From positions 1,430 to 65,429 of the forward strand of contig NZ_CALDDG010000051.1 of the NCBI RefSeq assembly GCF_937936435.1: 64,000 bases of DNA, in the 5' to 3' direction. A program made the position numbers and the translations under genes. Under the pieces are notes generated by a model, which worked only from the letters and a program-made list of their open reading frames with translations, had not been told where the DNA came from and did no database searches. The DNA comes from an uncultured Sulfuricurvum sp. GTDB taxonomy: Bacteria; Campylobacterota; Campylobacteria; Campylobacterales; Sulfurimonadaceae. Shown one piece after another: positions 28,433 through 38,118 of this stretch; the stretch's first letter is position 1, and every line of letters begins with the position of its first letter.

Positions 28433-29693
28433 ACACGCGATTGAAACACCGCATCAGCGACAGAACCGTCACAAGGCGATGGAAGCGATAAATGTCATTA
28501 ATGCCCTCAAAGAGGATTTTAAATTTCCGATCCAAAGCATGGGTTATTTTTACGATCTATTTGAAACGGTCTATTGCCGACATGAACCGCTGCATGAGGG
28601 GAAATCGAAAATCGGGACGATGTGTATCCAAATACCCTCCGAGATCATCTACGCGCTGGATGGTGTGCCGATCCGGCTATGCAACGGGTTTTATACCGAT
28701 GATGAGATCGGCAGTGATCTGTTACCCCAAAAATCGTGTCCGTTGGTCAAGGCGACGGTGGGATGGTTTGCTTCGGATAATTTCTCTGACAAGCCTGATA
28801 TCACCTTTTCTCCGACGACGTGCGATCAAAAAACCAAAGCGGGAGCCATCATCGAGAGTTTTGGTCATACCGTCATCGATGTCGGCTTTCCCCGTACCAA
28901 AGAGAGTGAAGAGAGCCGTCATTACTGGCGCGAGAGCGTCAAAAGTTTCGCGGTGAAACTCTCCAAATTTCAGGGGAAAAAACTGACCCGATCCAATCTG
29001 GAGAGTGCGATTAAAAAGATCGGCTACGCGCAGTCACTCTACCACAAGCTCACCGAATTTCGGAAAAACAAAGCGGTTCCGATTTTGGGTGTCGATATGT
29101 TTTTGGTCACAAATGCTTTTTTCTTTGATCGGATAGATGGGTGGATCGGCGCGGTTGAAAAACTGGTTGCAGAGTTGGAACAGCGAGTAAACGAAGGTGT
29201 AAATGTGGCAGGTAAAGCGAGTCCGCGCATCGTTTATACGGGGTCACCTCCTATTTTCCCCAACTACAAAATCCCCCTGATTATCGAGCAGAGCGATGCG
29301 GTCATCGTCGCCGATGAGACGTGCAGTTCGAACCGTATGTTTAACGACATGGTGGCGGTGGATGAGTGGAACCTCTACGACATGATCGATTCGGTTTCGG
29401 ACAAATATCTTAAAGCGTGTACCTGTCCGATATTCACTCAAAACGATGATCGAATCCGACGGATTATCCAACTGGTACGCAGTTACAGTGGGGATGGGGT
29501 GATCTATCAGTCGTTTGCGGGGTGTCAGGTGTATGAGATGGAACAGCGCAGCGTTCTCGCAGCTATGGAGCGCGAAGGGATTCCGATCCTTTATATCGAG
29601 AGCGATTACAGCCCTTCACAGCACGGGCAGCTTACGACGCGGGTTGAGGCATTCGTTGAGTCATTAAAAAATCGAAAGAGAATGAAAAAATGA
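28422..29693 (+). CDS. 2-hydroxyacyl-CoA dehydratase-family protein, probably double-cubane cluster protein (DCCP)-type reductase
   Basis: Cys pattern GTMC, RLC, SCP, TTCD, DETC, CTCP, AGCQ; ESDYS...GQLTTRVEAF C-terminus. Confidence 0.82.
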   Translation: MHTEHAIETPHQRQNRHKAMEAINVINALKEDFKFPIQSMGYFYDLFETVYCRHEPLHEGKSKIGTMCIQIPSEIIYALDGVPIRLCNGFYTDDEIGSDLLPQKSCPLVKATVGWFASDNFSDKPDITFSPTTCDQKTKAGAIIESFGHTVIDVGFPRTKESEESRHYWRESVKSFAVKLSKFQGKKLTRSNLESAIKKIGYAQSLYHKLTEFRKNKAVPILGVDMFLVTNAFFFDRIDGWIGAVEKLVAELEQRVNEGVNVAGKASPRIVYTGSPPIFPNYKIPLIIEQSDAVIVADETCSSNRMFNDMVAVDEWNLYDMIDSVSDKYLKACTCPIFTQNDDRIRRIIQLVRSYSGDGVIYQSFAGCQVYEMEQRSVLAAMEREGIPILYIESDYSPSQHGQLTTRVEAFVESLKNRKRMKK

Positions 29694-30487
29694 GATATTT
29701 TGTAGGGATTGACATCGGCTCTACCGCGATTAAGATCAGTGTGGCGGATGAGAATAAAAATCTGGTCGGGCATAAGATCAGTGCAAGCGGGAGTATGTTT
29801 TACAAATACGCTCAAGAAGCTCTCGGGGAGTTGTTGCGTGAGCTGGGAATCGATGAGAGCGAGGTTGTCTATACGGTAGCGACCGGATACGGGCGAAAAC
29901 TGTTCAAAGAAGCGGATGAAAATGTGAGTGAAATCACCGCCAACGCTATCGGGGCGCAACAAGCCGCGAAAAGTTATGGCAAGATCAAAACGATCATTAA
30001 CATTGGGGGACAAGACAGCAAGGCGATTTCTCTCGATACGGAGGGAAATGTGGTCAATTTTGCCATGAACGACCGATGTGCGGCGGGAACCGGAAAATTT
30101 CTCGATGTCGTCGCGATGAATTTGGAGATCGGGGTGGATGAACTGAGTGCGTACCATTTCAAATCAGTAGGGACTCCTCTCTCGATCAGCAGTACGTGCG
30201 CCGTATTTGCCGAATCGGAGATTATCGGATTGCTGGGGAATAATCACAGCGTGGAAGATATCGTCTCGGGAGTTCACTACTCGATTGCCAAGAGGATTGT
30301 GAAATTGGTGAAGCGGGTCGGGGTAAAAGAGAACATTTATTTCGACGGCGGGCCTGCCCTCAATGATGGCTTGGTCAGTGCGATTGAAAATGAGTTGGGT
30401 CATAAGATCTTTGTTCCTGAATATCCGCAAATCACAACGTCGTATGGTGCGGCAGTGTTAGCGTGTGATGCATTTATGTGTGAATAA
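29690..30487 (+). CDS. ATP-dependent [4Fe-4S] activator (HgdC / BadF-BcrAD ASKHA family; DCCP-reductase-like)
   Basis: GIDIGSTAIK, TGYGR, IGGQDSK, MNDRCAAGTG, SSTCAVFAESE. Confidence 0.93.
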   Translation: MRYFVGIDIGSTAIKISVADENKNLVGHKISASGSMFYKYAQEALGELLRELGIDESEVVYTVATGYGRKLFKEADENVSEITANAIGAQQAAKSYGKIKTIINIGGQDSKAISLDTEGNVVNFAMNDRCAAGTGKFLDVVAMNLEIGVDELSAYHFKSVGTPLSISSTCAVFAESEIIGLLGNNHSVEDIVSGVHYSIAKRIVKLVKRVGVKENIYFDGGPALNDGLVSAIENELGHKIFVPEYPQITTSYGAAVLACDAFMCE

Positions 30488-30497
30488 GGAAAGCAGT

Positions 30498-32591
30498 GTG
30501 AGACAACGTCTTTTAACCCCTATAATCCTCATTTCAAGTGTAATGATTTCGGCCGCGTGCGCGCAAGAGGTTGTATCGCTCGATAAAATACAGATTGAAG
30601 AAAATTATACGGCTATCGATGAGCGGAGAGATAATTCCATCGCAAAACGGATAATCAACGGAGCAGAGTTAACGCAGTACGGCGATACGAATGCACTGGA
30701 AATTCTCAGACGCACCCACGGAGTCACTATTCCAAACGGCAAGGGAGCTAAAAGTGCTCCGGGAAAAGGGTATACCGTTGTTATGATAGACGGAGAGGAG
30801 ACGACGACCAGTACGAGCCATCGTGCTAGCCCTTTGGAAAATATTTCTCCCGATATGATTGAAAAAATCGAGGTGATGACCAACGGTTCGGCAGAACATA
30901 CCGCCGAATCGATGGGTGGGATCGTCAATATAATCCTCAAAAAACCAAAAGCGGAAGGGTTGACAAGTGCAAAACTCTCTTTTGGAACCTACGGTGATTT
31001 GTTCAATGAGTCGTTGTATGCCCAACGAGAAGGGAAGGTTGACAAGGTATCGTATCTCGTCAATTTTACAGCATCGGAGCGACGTAAAAATGACGATTAT
31101 GACGCCTTAAAACAAAGCAGTTCCGGCTACAGTCTCGAAAATCGAGAGGATGAAGTGCATAATCAATCGTTAAATGTACGAAGTAAAATCATTTATACCC
31201 CCTCTTCAAAAAATAAATATATGTACGACGGCTCATTAACACGAAATCATGATGCGGAGGATATCGATTCGCAAACGTTTCTGGATGGCGCACCTTCGGC
31301 CTCATCCGCACTTCGAAGCGAAGACCGTTCCATGAGCACAATGCTATGGTCGGCACTCAGCGGCGAACATCATCTCTCAGGCGATCAACTTTTAGAGTGG
31401 AAACTCAAAATACATCAATACGAAGAGGACGGAAAAACGGTATCGGCATCAACACCCGTTACGAATATCAAAAAAGATGACGATTATGCCTTTAGCCGTT
31501 TTTACGGAATGGAAGGGGTATATTCTCTGATCTTGGATGAACATTTTGTGAAATCCGGTATCGAGATTAAGCGCTCAAATCAGCGTGATGAGGTAACCCG
31601 CAGTGTTAACGGTGTCGATACGACGGGTGTGGGTGACAATGTCCATATGCGTGAGGATAAAGTCTCGTGGTATCTACAAGATGAGATCAATTTCGGCGAG
31701 ACGACGGTTATCACGCCGGGTATCCGATATGAAACGCTATCACGAGATTTCGGAGCGACTTCCAATACCGATTATTTTGTCGGGTCACTTCATATTTTAA
31801 ATCACCTAAGCGGCAAAGATAATATCCGGGCCAGTGTCGCCCAAACGGTGAGACTTCCGCGATTAAGCCAGCTATCAACAAGCACAAATATGACTCTCGA
31901 TTATAATGATATTCATCGTCCAGACGTAACCGGAAATCCGAATCTGACCGAAGAGAAAGCGCTGAGTTACGAGCTCCGTTACGAGCATTTTTTTGAGGAT
32001 AAGGGGATCGTAAGTATCGGCGGTTTTTATCGCAATATCAACAATAAAATCGAAAATATCGTCCAATACGATACGCTAAGCGGACGGTATATCGAAAAAC
32101 CGGAGAATGCGGGTAAAGGTTCGCTATACGGTGCCGAAATGGAGATCAAAAAATCGTTGAAAGACTATGTTGACGGATTGGGGATCTTTGCAAACGTGAC
32201 ACTGCAAGATTCGACACTTACGAATGCCCTGAGTGGAAATAAACGACCTATTAAACAAACTTCCAACTTTCTTTGTAATCTGGGATTCGATCACACGCTG
32301 AAAGATATAAAAGTAACTTACGGTGCGGCGTACCGTTATATCGGAGGATATGATGATCCGCAGGAATATCTCATCTCTGAGTCGCAAAAAGGGTACGGGA
32401 CGCTCGATCTTTATGCGAGTAAACGGATCGATAAAACGTTTAAATTGCAGTTTAATGTGAAAAATATCGCGAGTGCGACTGTAGAGACAACTTCTCATCT
32501 GTATGATACATCGGGTGCGATTACGCAGACACAAATCGATAAAGAGCACTCTCGTCCGCAGATTCTTTTGACGTTGGATGGGAAATGGTAG
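30498..32591 (+). CDS. TonB-dependent receptor 3
   Basis: GTG start after AAGGA; IEKIEVMTNGSAE...GGIVNIILKK, GNPNLTEE, terminal Trp. Confidence 0.92.
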   Translation: MRQRLLTPIILISSVMISAACAQEVVSLDKIQIEENYTAIDERRDNSIAKRIINGAELTQYGDTNALEILRRTHGVTIPNGKGAKSAPGKGYTVVMIDGEETTTSTSHRASPLENISPDMIEKIEVMTNGSAEHTAESMGGIVNIILKKPKAEGLTSAKLSFGTYGDLFNESLYAQREGKVDKVSYLVNFTASERRKNDDYDALKQSSSGYSLENREDEVHNQSLNVRSKIIYTPSSKNKYMYDGSLTRNHDAEDIDSQTFLDGAPSASSALRSEDRSMSTMLWSALSGEHHLSGDQLLEWKLKIHQYEEDGKTVSASTPVTNIKKDDDYAFSRFYGMEGVYSLILDEHFVKSGIEIKRSNQRDEVTRSVNGVDTTGVGDNVHMREDKVSWYLQDEINFGETTVITPGIRYETLSRDFGATSNTDYFVGSLHILNHLSGKDNIRASVAQTVRLPRLSQLSTSTNMTLDYNDIHRPDVTGNPNLTEEKALSYELRYEHFFEDKGIVSIGGFYRNINNKIENIVQYDTLSGRYIEKPENAGKGSLYGAEMEIKKSLKDYVDGLGIFANVTLQDSTLTNALSGNKRPIKQTSNFLCNLGFDHTLKDIKVTYGAAYRYIGGYDDPQEYLISESQKGYGTLDLYASKRIDKTFKLQFNVKNIASATVETTSHLYDTSGAITQTQIDKEHSRPQILLTLDGKW

Positions 32592-32599
32592 GGTAAAGA

Positions 32600-32705
32600 T
32601 TTTCACGCGAGAGCCTTAAGAGTTTTGAATCGTGAAGGAGGTCGATTTTTGCACGTAAGACTCTCGGGTGAAAACATCAAGAAGTCCAAAAAGGACTCTC
32701 TTGAT
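32600..32705. terminator. Two adjacent hairpins between convergent operons (probable bidirectional termination region)
   Basis: TTTTCACGCGAGAGCCTTA / TAAGACTCTCGGGTGAAAA (17/19 match) and ATCAAGAAGTCC / GGACTCTCTTGAT. Confidence 0.65.
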
Positions 32706-32713
32706 AGAAGATG

Positions 32714-33907
32714 TTAGAGCGTATTTTTAAATAGAGCTACCATCCCCCATCCAAAATAGACAACAATCCATAGGACAAATATCGCCAAGGAAGCATTGGA
32801 GAGCTTGGATACGGCGGAACCCTCCGTTGCAGTATAGACACCTTCGGTTTTGCCGACTTTCCATGCCATGGTCAGGATAAAGGCGACTCCCGTAAATCCG
32901 AGAACGACAAATGTCAGTAAGAACATTGCGATGGTTTCCCACTCTAGATTCATGTGATAGCCGTACAAATCGTATCCGATACCGGTCATGATGTTGTATC
33001 GGATAAGCTCTCTGACGCCTGAGATCAACAGCGCAACAACGACCAGCACCCCTGTCGTAAGGTAGCTGTTTCTATTGCCCATTGCTAACATGAGGAGGAT
33101 GACAACCGAAGCGACCGTAGCCAGTGAAAGCGGGTGCAAAAGGAGGTTCTCTCTTAGCATCCATACGGCGAACAACGCAGCACTGATGATCAAGCCGATG
33201 ACGGCCATTTTGGTTCCCAAGTTTTTAACAAATTCCAGATATTTTGGCTCGAAATCTTGGCGTGTGCTCAAAAATCGGCTGTAATTTTGCATAAAAATTC
33301 CTGTTACCGGGATCATCAAACTCACCATAAATCCAAGACGAAGAGGATCGAGATGCATATTCCATCCGGAGTTATCGACAACACCGTTCGGGGCATACCA
33401 ATCCATCCATTGGGTCGGTGAAATCGCTTCGACGGCAAAGTTGTGCATCAAAACACCGCAAAATACCAATATGGCAAACGAGACGATTCCGATAAGGGTG
33501 TTGCTCGAAGAACCCTTTTTATTGGCATATTGATACCAGTAGTACATCGTATATCCGATGATCAGCGCGTATATAAAGATAAAGACCCATGCTCCTGAGA
33601 GGGTGTTCGCCACATACCAGCCTGAATCATAGATGACCTGTGTGAACAGCAGCGGAGCAACCCCTAAAACGATGAGAACCGATATGCTGATTTTCCCCGT
33701 CATAATAAGATGCGGTGTCAGTATTTTCCAATACGGGTCGTTTTTTTGTCGGGTACTTCCGTAAATCGAAAGCCCCATAGAACCCAGCGCCAATAATACA
33801 AAAGCCGCGTGCAGAGCCCATGTTAGGACATACAGTCCTTGGAACACTACCGGGTAAAACGGTACCCCGGCGGCATCCTTCATTGCATTTATGAATGTTG
33901 CATCCAT
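32714..33907 (-). CDS. Polytopic membrane protein, CydA'-like partner subunit
   Basis: About 10 TMs; TWALHAAFV, LGVAPLLFTQVIY, GVRELIR echo CydA helix-I His and late Glu/Arg positions. Confidence 0.55.
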   Translation of the reverse strand: MDATFINAMKDAAGVPFYPVVFQGLYVLTWALHAAFVLLALGSMGLSIYGSTRQKNDPYWKILTPHLIMTGKISISVLIVLGVAPLLFTQVIYDSGWYVANTLSGAWVFIFIYALIIGYTMYYWYQYANKKGSSSNTLIGIVSFAILVFCGVLMHNFAVEAISPTQWMDWYAPNGVVDNSGWNMHLDPLRLGFMVSLMIPVTGIFMQNYSRFLSTRQDFEPKYLEFVKNLGTKMAVIGLIISAALFAVWMLRENLLLHPLSLATVASVVILLMLAMGNRNSYLTTGVLVVVALLISGVRELIRYNIMTGIGYDLYGYHMNLEWETIAMFLLTFVVLGFTGVAFILTMAWKVGKTEGVYTATEGSAVSKLSNASLAIFVLWIVVYFGWGMVALFKNTL

Positions 33908-33919
33908 AATCGTTCTCCT

Positions 33920-35260
33920 TTATTTGGCTTGCGAGGCGATATAGGCGGCCATCGCATCGTACTCTTCATCCGGAAGAGAAATTTTTGGCATATAGGCGAC
34001 AGAGCCCGTGCCGATGACATTTTTCATGTAGTCTTTGATCCCCTCTTCACCCATAGGACCGGCTAATGGCATGAGCGGACGGTAGAGACCGTCTTTTTCG
34101 AGTGAGTGACAATTTGAGCAGGCGATACGTGTCAGCAATTTTCCCACTTCAAGTTTGTTTTCGGGAGTGATAGTACGCAGCCGATCCGGAATCCAAGGAT
34201 CCAGTTTTAACAACCCTTTTTCGGCCAATCGTCCTGTTTCATCTTTGATCCCTTTACCGGGGACGTCTCGCCCGATGATTTGATCGCTGTAGACGTATTG
34301 TCCGGCTACCCACGGTTTACGCATCGTTTCACGGAGTTTTTCACCCGGCCATACCCCTACGATTCCAATGACGAGCATCATCGTGATGGCAAGCGTTCGG
34401 GTAACCCATTGCGGTTTGATAATCGCGATCGAGAAATAGATCGAGAACAAGATGGCGAGAATGATACGGTTCATTACGATCGTATCTTTTTGCATTCCCA
34501 GCAGCGTGAGGGCATTGAGTGGGAGGGTATTAACATACCACATAAAGAAAAAGACGGTGACAAAACCGCCGAGCAAGCTGACCCATCCCATCTTTTGGGT
34601 CAATTCTTCTGAGAGTGCTTTGTTCTCTTTGCGCATGGCGGAGGAGATAATCATACCGATAATCCCCGACATCATAATCATAAAGCCGATCCGTAAAAAC
34701 ATATGAGGGAAGGTATTGATACCGAAAAACGCGTCGCTGGCAGAACCTGTCGTGTAATAGGCGTCTGTACCCGGCCACATCATAAAACTGATGATCCCGA
34801 TGATCAGTGCGAGAGTACCGACAGAGGCAATCGCAAAGGTATAGGTGAGCTTCAGATGGGTTTTACGGTCAATCTTATCGATAAAATAGATGAGGGCAAA
34901 AACTCCGAGCACTTCGTAAACGAAAAAGACCCATTCCGTAGCCCATACCCATACAAAGTTGTGAATAAGGGCGCTGATGCCTCTGGGGCTGGCCGCTGTC
35001 GCCGTGTACCAGATACCCGGTCCCGTGATGGAGCCGATAACGTAGGAAAAGATCAGCAAAAACATGCCGTAGCGTTTCATATAATCATACAAATCGCTCC
35101 GGTTCTCTTTTTGCGCCTTGTACGCTAAAAAAGCAAACAAAAGTGCCGCACCCACCGACGTGTGAGATGCCATAATATGTATGGCTCCTGTAAGACCCAT
35201 AAGCCAGGCCGAGCCGAAATGGGGAACATAAAATAAGGGATAAAATCCTAACAGATCCAT
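33920..35260 (-). CDS. Cytochrome bd subunit I (CydA)-like protein fused to a C-terminal c-type cytochrome
   Basis: AIHIMASH, WATEWVFFVYE, FPHMF, ETMRKPW (cf. GRQPW); C-terminal CSNCH and YMP; AGGAGG SD before ATG 35260. Confidence 0.75.
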   Translation of the reverse strand: MDLLGFYPLFYVPHFGSAWLMGLTGAIHIMASHTSVGAALLFAFLAYKAQKENRSDLYDYMKRYGMFLLIFSYVIGSITGPGIWYTATAASPRGISALIHNFVWVWATEWVFFVYEVLGVFALIYFIDKIDRKTHLKLTYTFAIASVGTLALIIGIISFMMWPGTDAYYTTGSASDAFFGINTFPHMFLRIGFMIMMSGIIGMIISSAMRKENKALSEELTQKMGWVSLLGGFVTVFFFMWYVNTLPLNALTLLGMQKDTIVMNRIILAILFSIYFSIAIIKPQWVTRTLAITMMLVIGIVGVWPGEKLRETMRKPWVAGQYVYSDQIIGRDVPGKGIKDETGRLAEKGLLKLDPWIPDRLRTITPENKLEVGKLLTRIACSNCHSLEKDGLYRPLMPLAGPMGEEGIKDYMKNVIGTGSVAYMPKISLPDEEYDAMAAYIASQAK

Positions 35261-35530
35261 AAAAATCCTCCTGTGCAATTAAAATATTTTGCTATTTAAA
35301 AGAGGAAACATATCTGTTGCGAGAGTGAGTATCGAACATACGTTTCCTAATATTTAAATAGGTTTGTATGCACGACAACGTCGGAGAAATAGCGTAAAAA
35401 ACGTTATAATTATGGCGTTGCAATGCAATACGTTTTTCCGTCTGCTTGAGAGCTGCAATTCATAGAGCAGACGGATCGTGTTTGGGGTTTCTGCTGCGTT
35501 TTTCTCCTCCTGGTAATTTCCGAGACTAAG

Positions 35531-35562
35531 ATTATGGACTTATAGTGTTAATTTTGTGTTAA
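35531..35562 (-). promoter_or_regulatory. Third copy of the TTAACAC-N4-TTAACAC-N9-ATAAT promoter
   Basis: Minus strand reads TTAACACAAAATTAACAC-TATAAGTCC-ATAAT. Confidence 0.8.
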
Positions 35563-35588
35563 GGAATTAATAAGGTTTTTTAAAAAAA

Positions 35589-36020
35589 TCAGAAGGTTAA
35601 ATTACATGCTTTCATCGTCATATTCCAATCGACCGAAAATTTTTTGAGGATGGTGTCCGGATCGTGAGGTATAGTGCAGTCCGAGCAGTCATGATGGATA
35701 CTATTCTCATGCCGAAACGGTTTGCCTGCAGGTGCATTGATCGCGCAGTAGCTATAGACTACGATTCCCTCTGTGTCGGTCTGAGCATTGTCGTTGAAAC
35801 GAAAATAGGGGCAGGCGCACCAGTAGCAGTTTAAGTTGGGAATATCGTGGCATTTACGCTTCGTCGTATAGAGCTGGCAAAAATCTTTCTCTTTTTCGAC
35901 CATGTTTTCAAAGGTGAAATAGGCGACGATCTGATCGGGTGAAAGATTTTGTGCACTGAGCCGGCTGAGGATTCGACGGTGTTTTTCGGCGTGGGTCTGG
36001 AACCAGTGGGTGTATGTCAT
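35589..36020 (-). CDS. Cysteine-rich small-domain protein
   Basis: FCQLY...KCH...NCYWCACP...DCSDCTIPH. Confidence 0.7.
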   Translation of the reverse strand: MTYTHWFQTHAEKHRRILSRLSAQNLSPDQIVAYFTFENMVEKEKDFCQLYTTKRKCHDIPNLNCYWCACPYFRFNDNAQTDTEGIVVYSYCAINAPAGKPFRHENSIHHDCSDCTIPHDPDTILKKFSVDWNMTMKACNLTF

Positions 36021-36055
36021 AAGGGTATAATAGCAAAAACAAATGGAGAGATTCT

Positions 36056-36397
36056 ATGATAATCTGGCATAACCCGAAATGTTCAAAATCACGGGAAGCA
36101 TTAAAATTATTAGAGGAAAAAGGTACGAACAGCCAAGTGTTCAAATATCTCGATACGCCTCCCTCTCGCGATGAGATCGTTGCACTGCTTCAAAAATTGG
36201 GGATTTCGGCGCGTGAACTGATGCGTACCAAAGAGGATTTATATAAAGAACTGGGGCTTGCAAAAGTGACTGACGAAGCGAAACTGATCGATGCGTTGGC
36301 GCAACACCCGAAATTGATCGAGCGGCCGATACTGATCGACGGAAACCGCGCCGTAATCGGCCGCCCTGCCGAAAAAGTGATCGACTTTTTAGCCTAA
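36056..36397 (+). CDS. arsC: Arsenate reductase (glutaredoxin-type ArsC/YfgD family)
   Basis: HNPKCSKSR and LIERPI motifs. Confidence 0.85.
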   Translation: MIIWHNPKCSKSREALKLLEEKGTNSQVFKYLDTPPSRDEIVALLQKLGISARELMRTKEDLYKELGLAKVTDEAKLIDALAQHPKLIERPILIDGNRAVIGRPAEKVIDFLA

Positions 36398-38037
36398 GTT
36401 CTAAACTTTTGGAGTTTTTGGTTTAGTTCGACCGTGTTGGTATCCAAACCGTGAGCGACGTCGGTGATTTCGGAGATACTTTGCGTATTGGAGGATGCTA
36501 TCGCGTTAATCGAATCAATTTTTGTAGAGATCATACGGATACCCTCGCGAAGTTCGTCCATCCCCTGCGTAGAACGGTGAATCCCTTCTGCCGCAATGTT
36601 CATGAGCGACGATGAAGTCTGAATGATCGTTTGAATCGATCCTGAGTCTTTTGAGACGATATGGATGGCATCTGCCGATTTATCCATTTTTTGGCTGGTT
36701 TGGGCGATGGCATCGACGATGGCGTTGATCGTACGGTTGATCTGAGACAGACTCTCCTGTGTCCGCTCCGCCAGTTTGCGCACTTCGTCGGCAACGACGG
36801 CAAATCCTCGTCCGTGCTCGCCGGCACGGGCCGCTTCAATGGCGGCATTGAGGGCGAGAAGGTTGGTTTGATCGGCAATGTCGCCGATGATATCGAGTAC
36901 CCCTTTGACCTCTTTTGCCTGCGATGTGAGGTTCTTGAGATCATCAGACAGAAACAATTGGGTTTGGGCAACATTTTGGATATCATCGTTCATCGCTACA
37001 ATTTGCTGACTTGCATCGGAAAGATGGGTCGAGGCCTCGGCGATTTGAGTATCGCTCTGTTGAGCGGTTACGGTCGAGGTACGGACGATTTCCTGAAGCG
37101 CCATAATCTGGGTATGGGTTTGGGAGATATCGGTAGCACTCGCTTCAAGACGATTTCGGATCACGCCGCATACACGATTGAGTTCATACGCGGAAGAGAT
37201 ACTTTCATCCGACGAGCTTTTCATCCCTCCCATCATTTTTTGCAACTCTTCCATCGAATCGTTCATATCTTTTGCTGCGATCGAGAGCTCATCGCTTCCC
37301 CGCGCTTCGATGCGGTGTAGCAGGTCTCCGGAACGGAGATGATGGGCACTTTGGGTGATATTGGCGATCTTGCTAAGCAGATCACGGGTAATCAGACGCA
37401 GAATCAGATAGACGCACAGCATACCGATAGGGAGGATGATCGCGATTAGTATAAGGGTTCGGCGAAATTCTTTTTGAGCATTTTCATAGAGATTTTGAGC
37501 ATTAGAGATCTGCATCTCGATCAGTGTATCGATCTGCTCATCCGCAGGAGCGAGACTGTAGGGAAAATCGCTGGAAACCAGATCGTGGATTCCCATAATA
37601 TCTTTATCGGCGATCGTTTTTTCCAGCAAAACGATGGAGCGTTCCGCACGATCCAACGTCTCTTTGGCATCGGGGAGAGAAGCACGCTCTTTTGCCGTCA
37701 TGGAACCTTTGAGATAGGCATTCCAACGCTGGGTAAAATGTGTATGAGCGGCTTGGACCGAAACGGCGGCTTTTTCAAAATCTCCTACCCCTTCGGAGAG
37801 GTCGGTAGCCGTTTTGAGAATCTCTTTGTCGATCGCATTTTTACAGGCACGGAGATTCTGAAGCGGCTGGAGACTTTGGGTATGGATCGTATTGAGTGAG
37901 GTGTTGGATAAAAACATTCCGGCAATACCGATCGTGATGGCAACAATAGCAAAAAGCTGGGTAAGGACGACGATCAGCGTAATTTTTTGACGAATCGATA
38001 AGCGGGACAAAACGGAAGCCGAGAGAGGCAGAGACAT
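36394..38037 (-). CDS. Methyl-accepting chemotaxis protein (four-helix-bundle sensor, HAMP)
   Basis: [38 protein letters not shown]; two TMs. Confidence 0.95.
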   Translation of the reverse strand: MSLPLSASVLSRLSIRQKITLIVVLTQLFAIVAITIGIAGMFLSNTSLNTIHTQSLQPLQNLRACKNAIDKEILKTATDLSEGVGDFEKAAVSVQAAHTHFTQRWNAYLKGSMTAKERASLPDAKETLDRAERSIVLLEKTIADKDIMGIHDLVSSDFPYSLAPADEQIDTLIEMQISNAQNLYENAQKEFRRTLILIAIILPIGMLCVYLILRLITRDLLSKIANITQSAHHLRSGDLLHRIEARGSDELSIAAKDMNDSMEELQKMMGGMKSSSDESISSAYELNRVCGVIRNRLEASATDISQTHTQIMALQEIVRTSTVTAQQSDTQIAEASTHLSDASQQIVAMNDDIQNVAQTQLFLSDDLKNLTSQAKEVKGVLDIIGDIADQTNLLALNAAIEAARAGEHGRGFAVVADEVRKLAERTQESLSQINRTINAIVDAIAQTSQKMDKSADAIHIVSKDSGSIQTIIQTSSSLMNIAAEGIHRSTQGMDELREGIRMISTKIDSINAIASSNTQSISEITDVAHGLDTNTVELNQKLQKFRT

Positions 38038-38118
38038 GAATGTGCACCTTGCAAGAAAGTGCGCAAGTATAAAAGGGGATGGTTACGGTACGATCACAAG
38101 AAAGCGCTCCTTTTGGTC

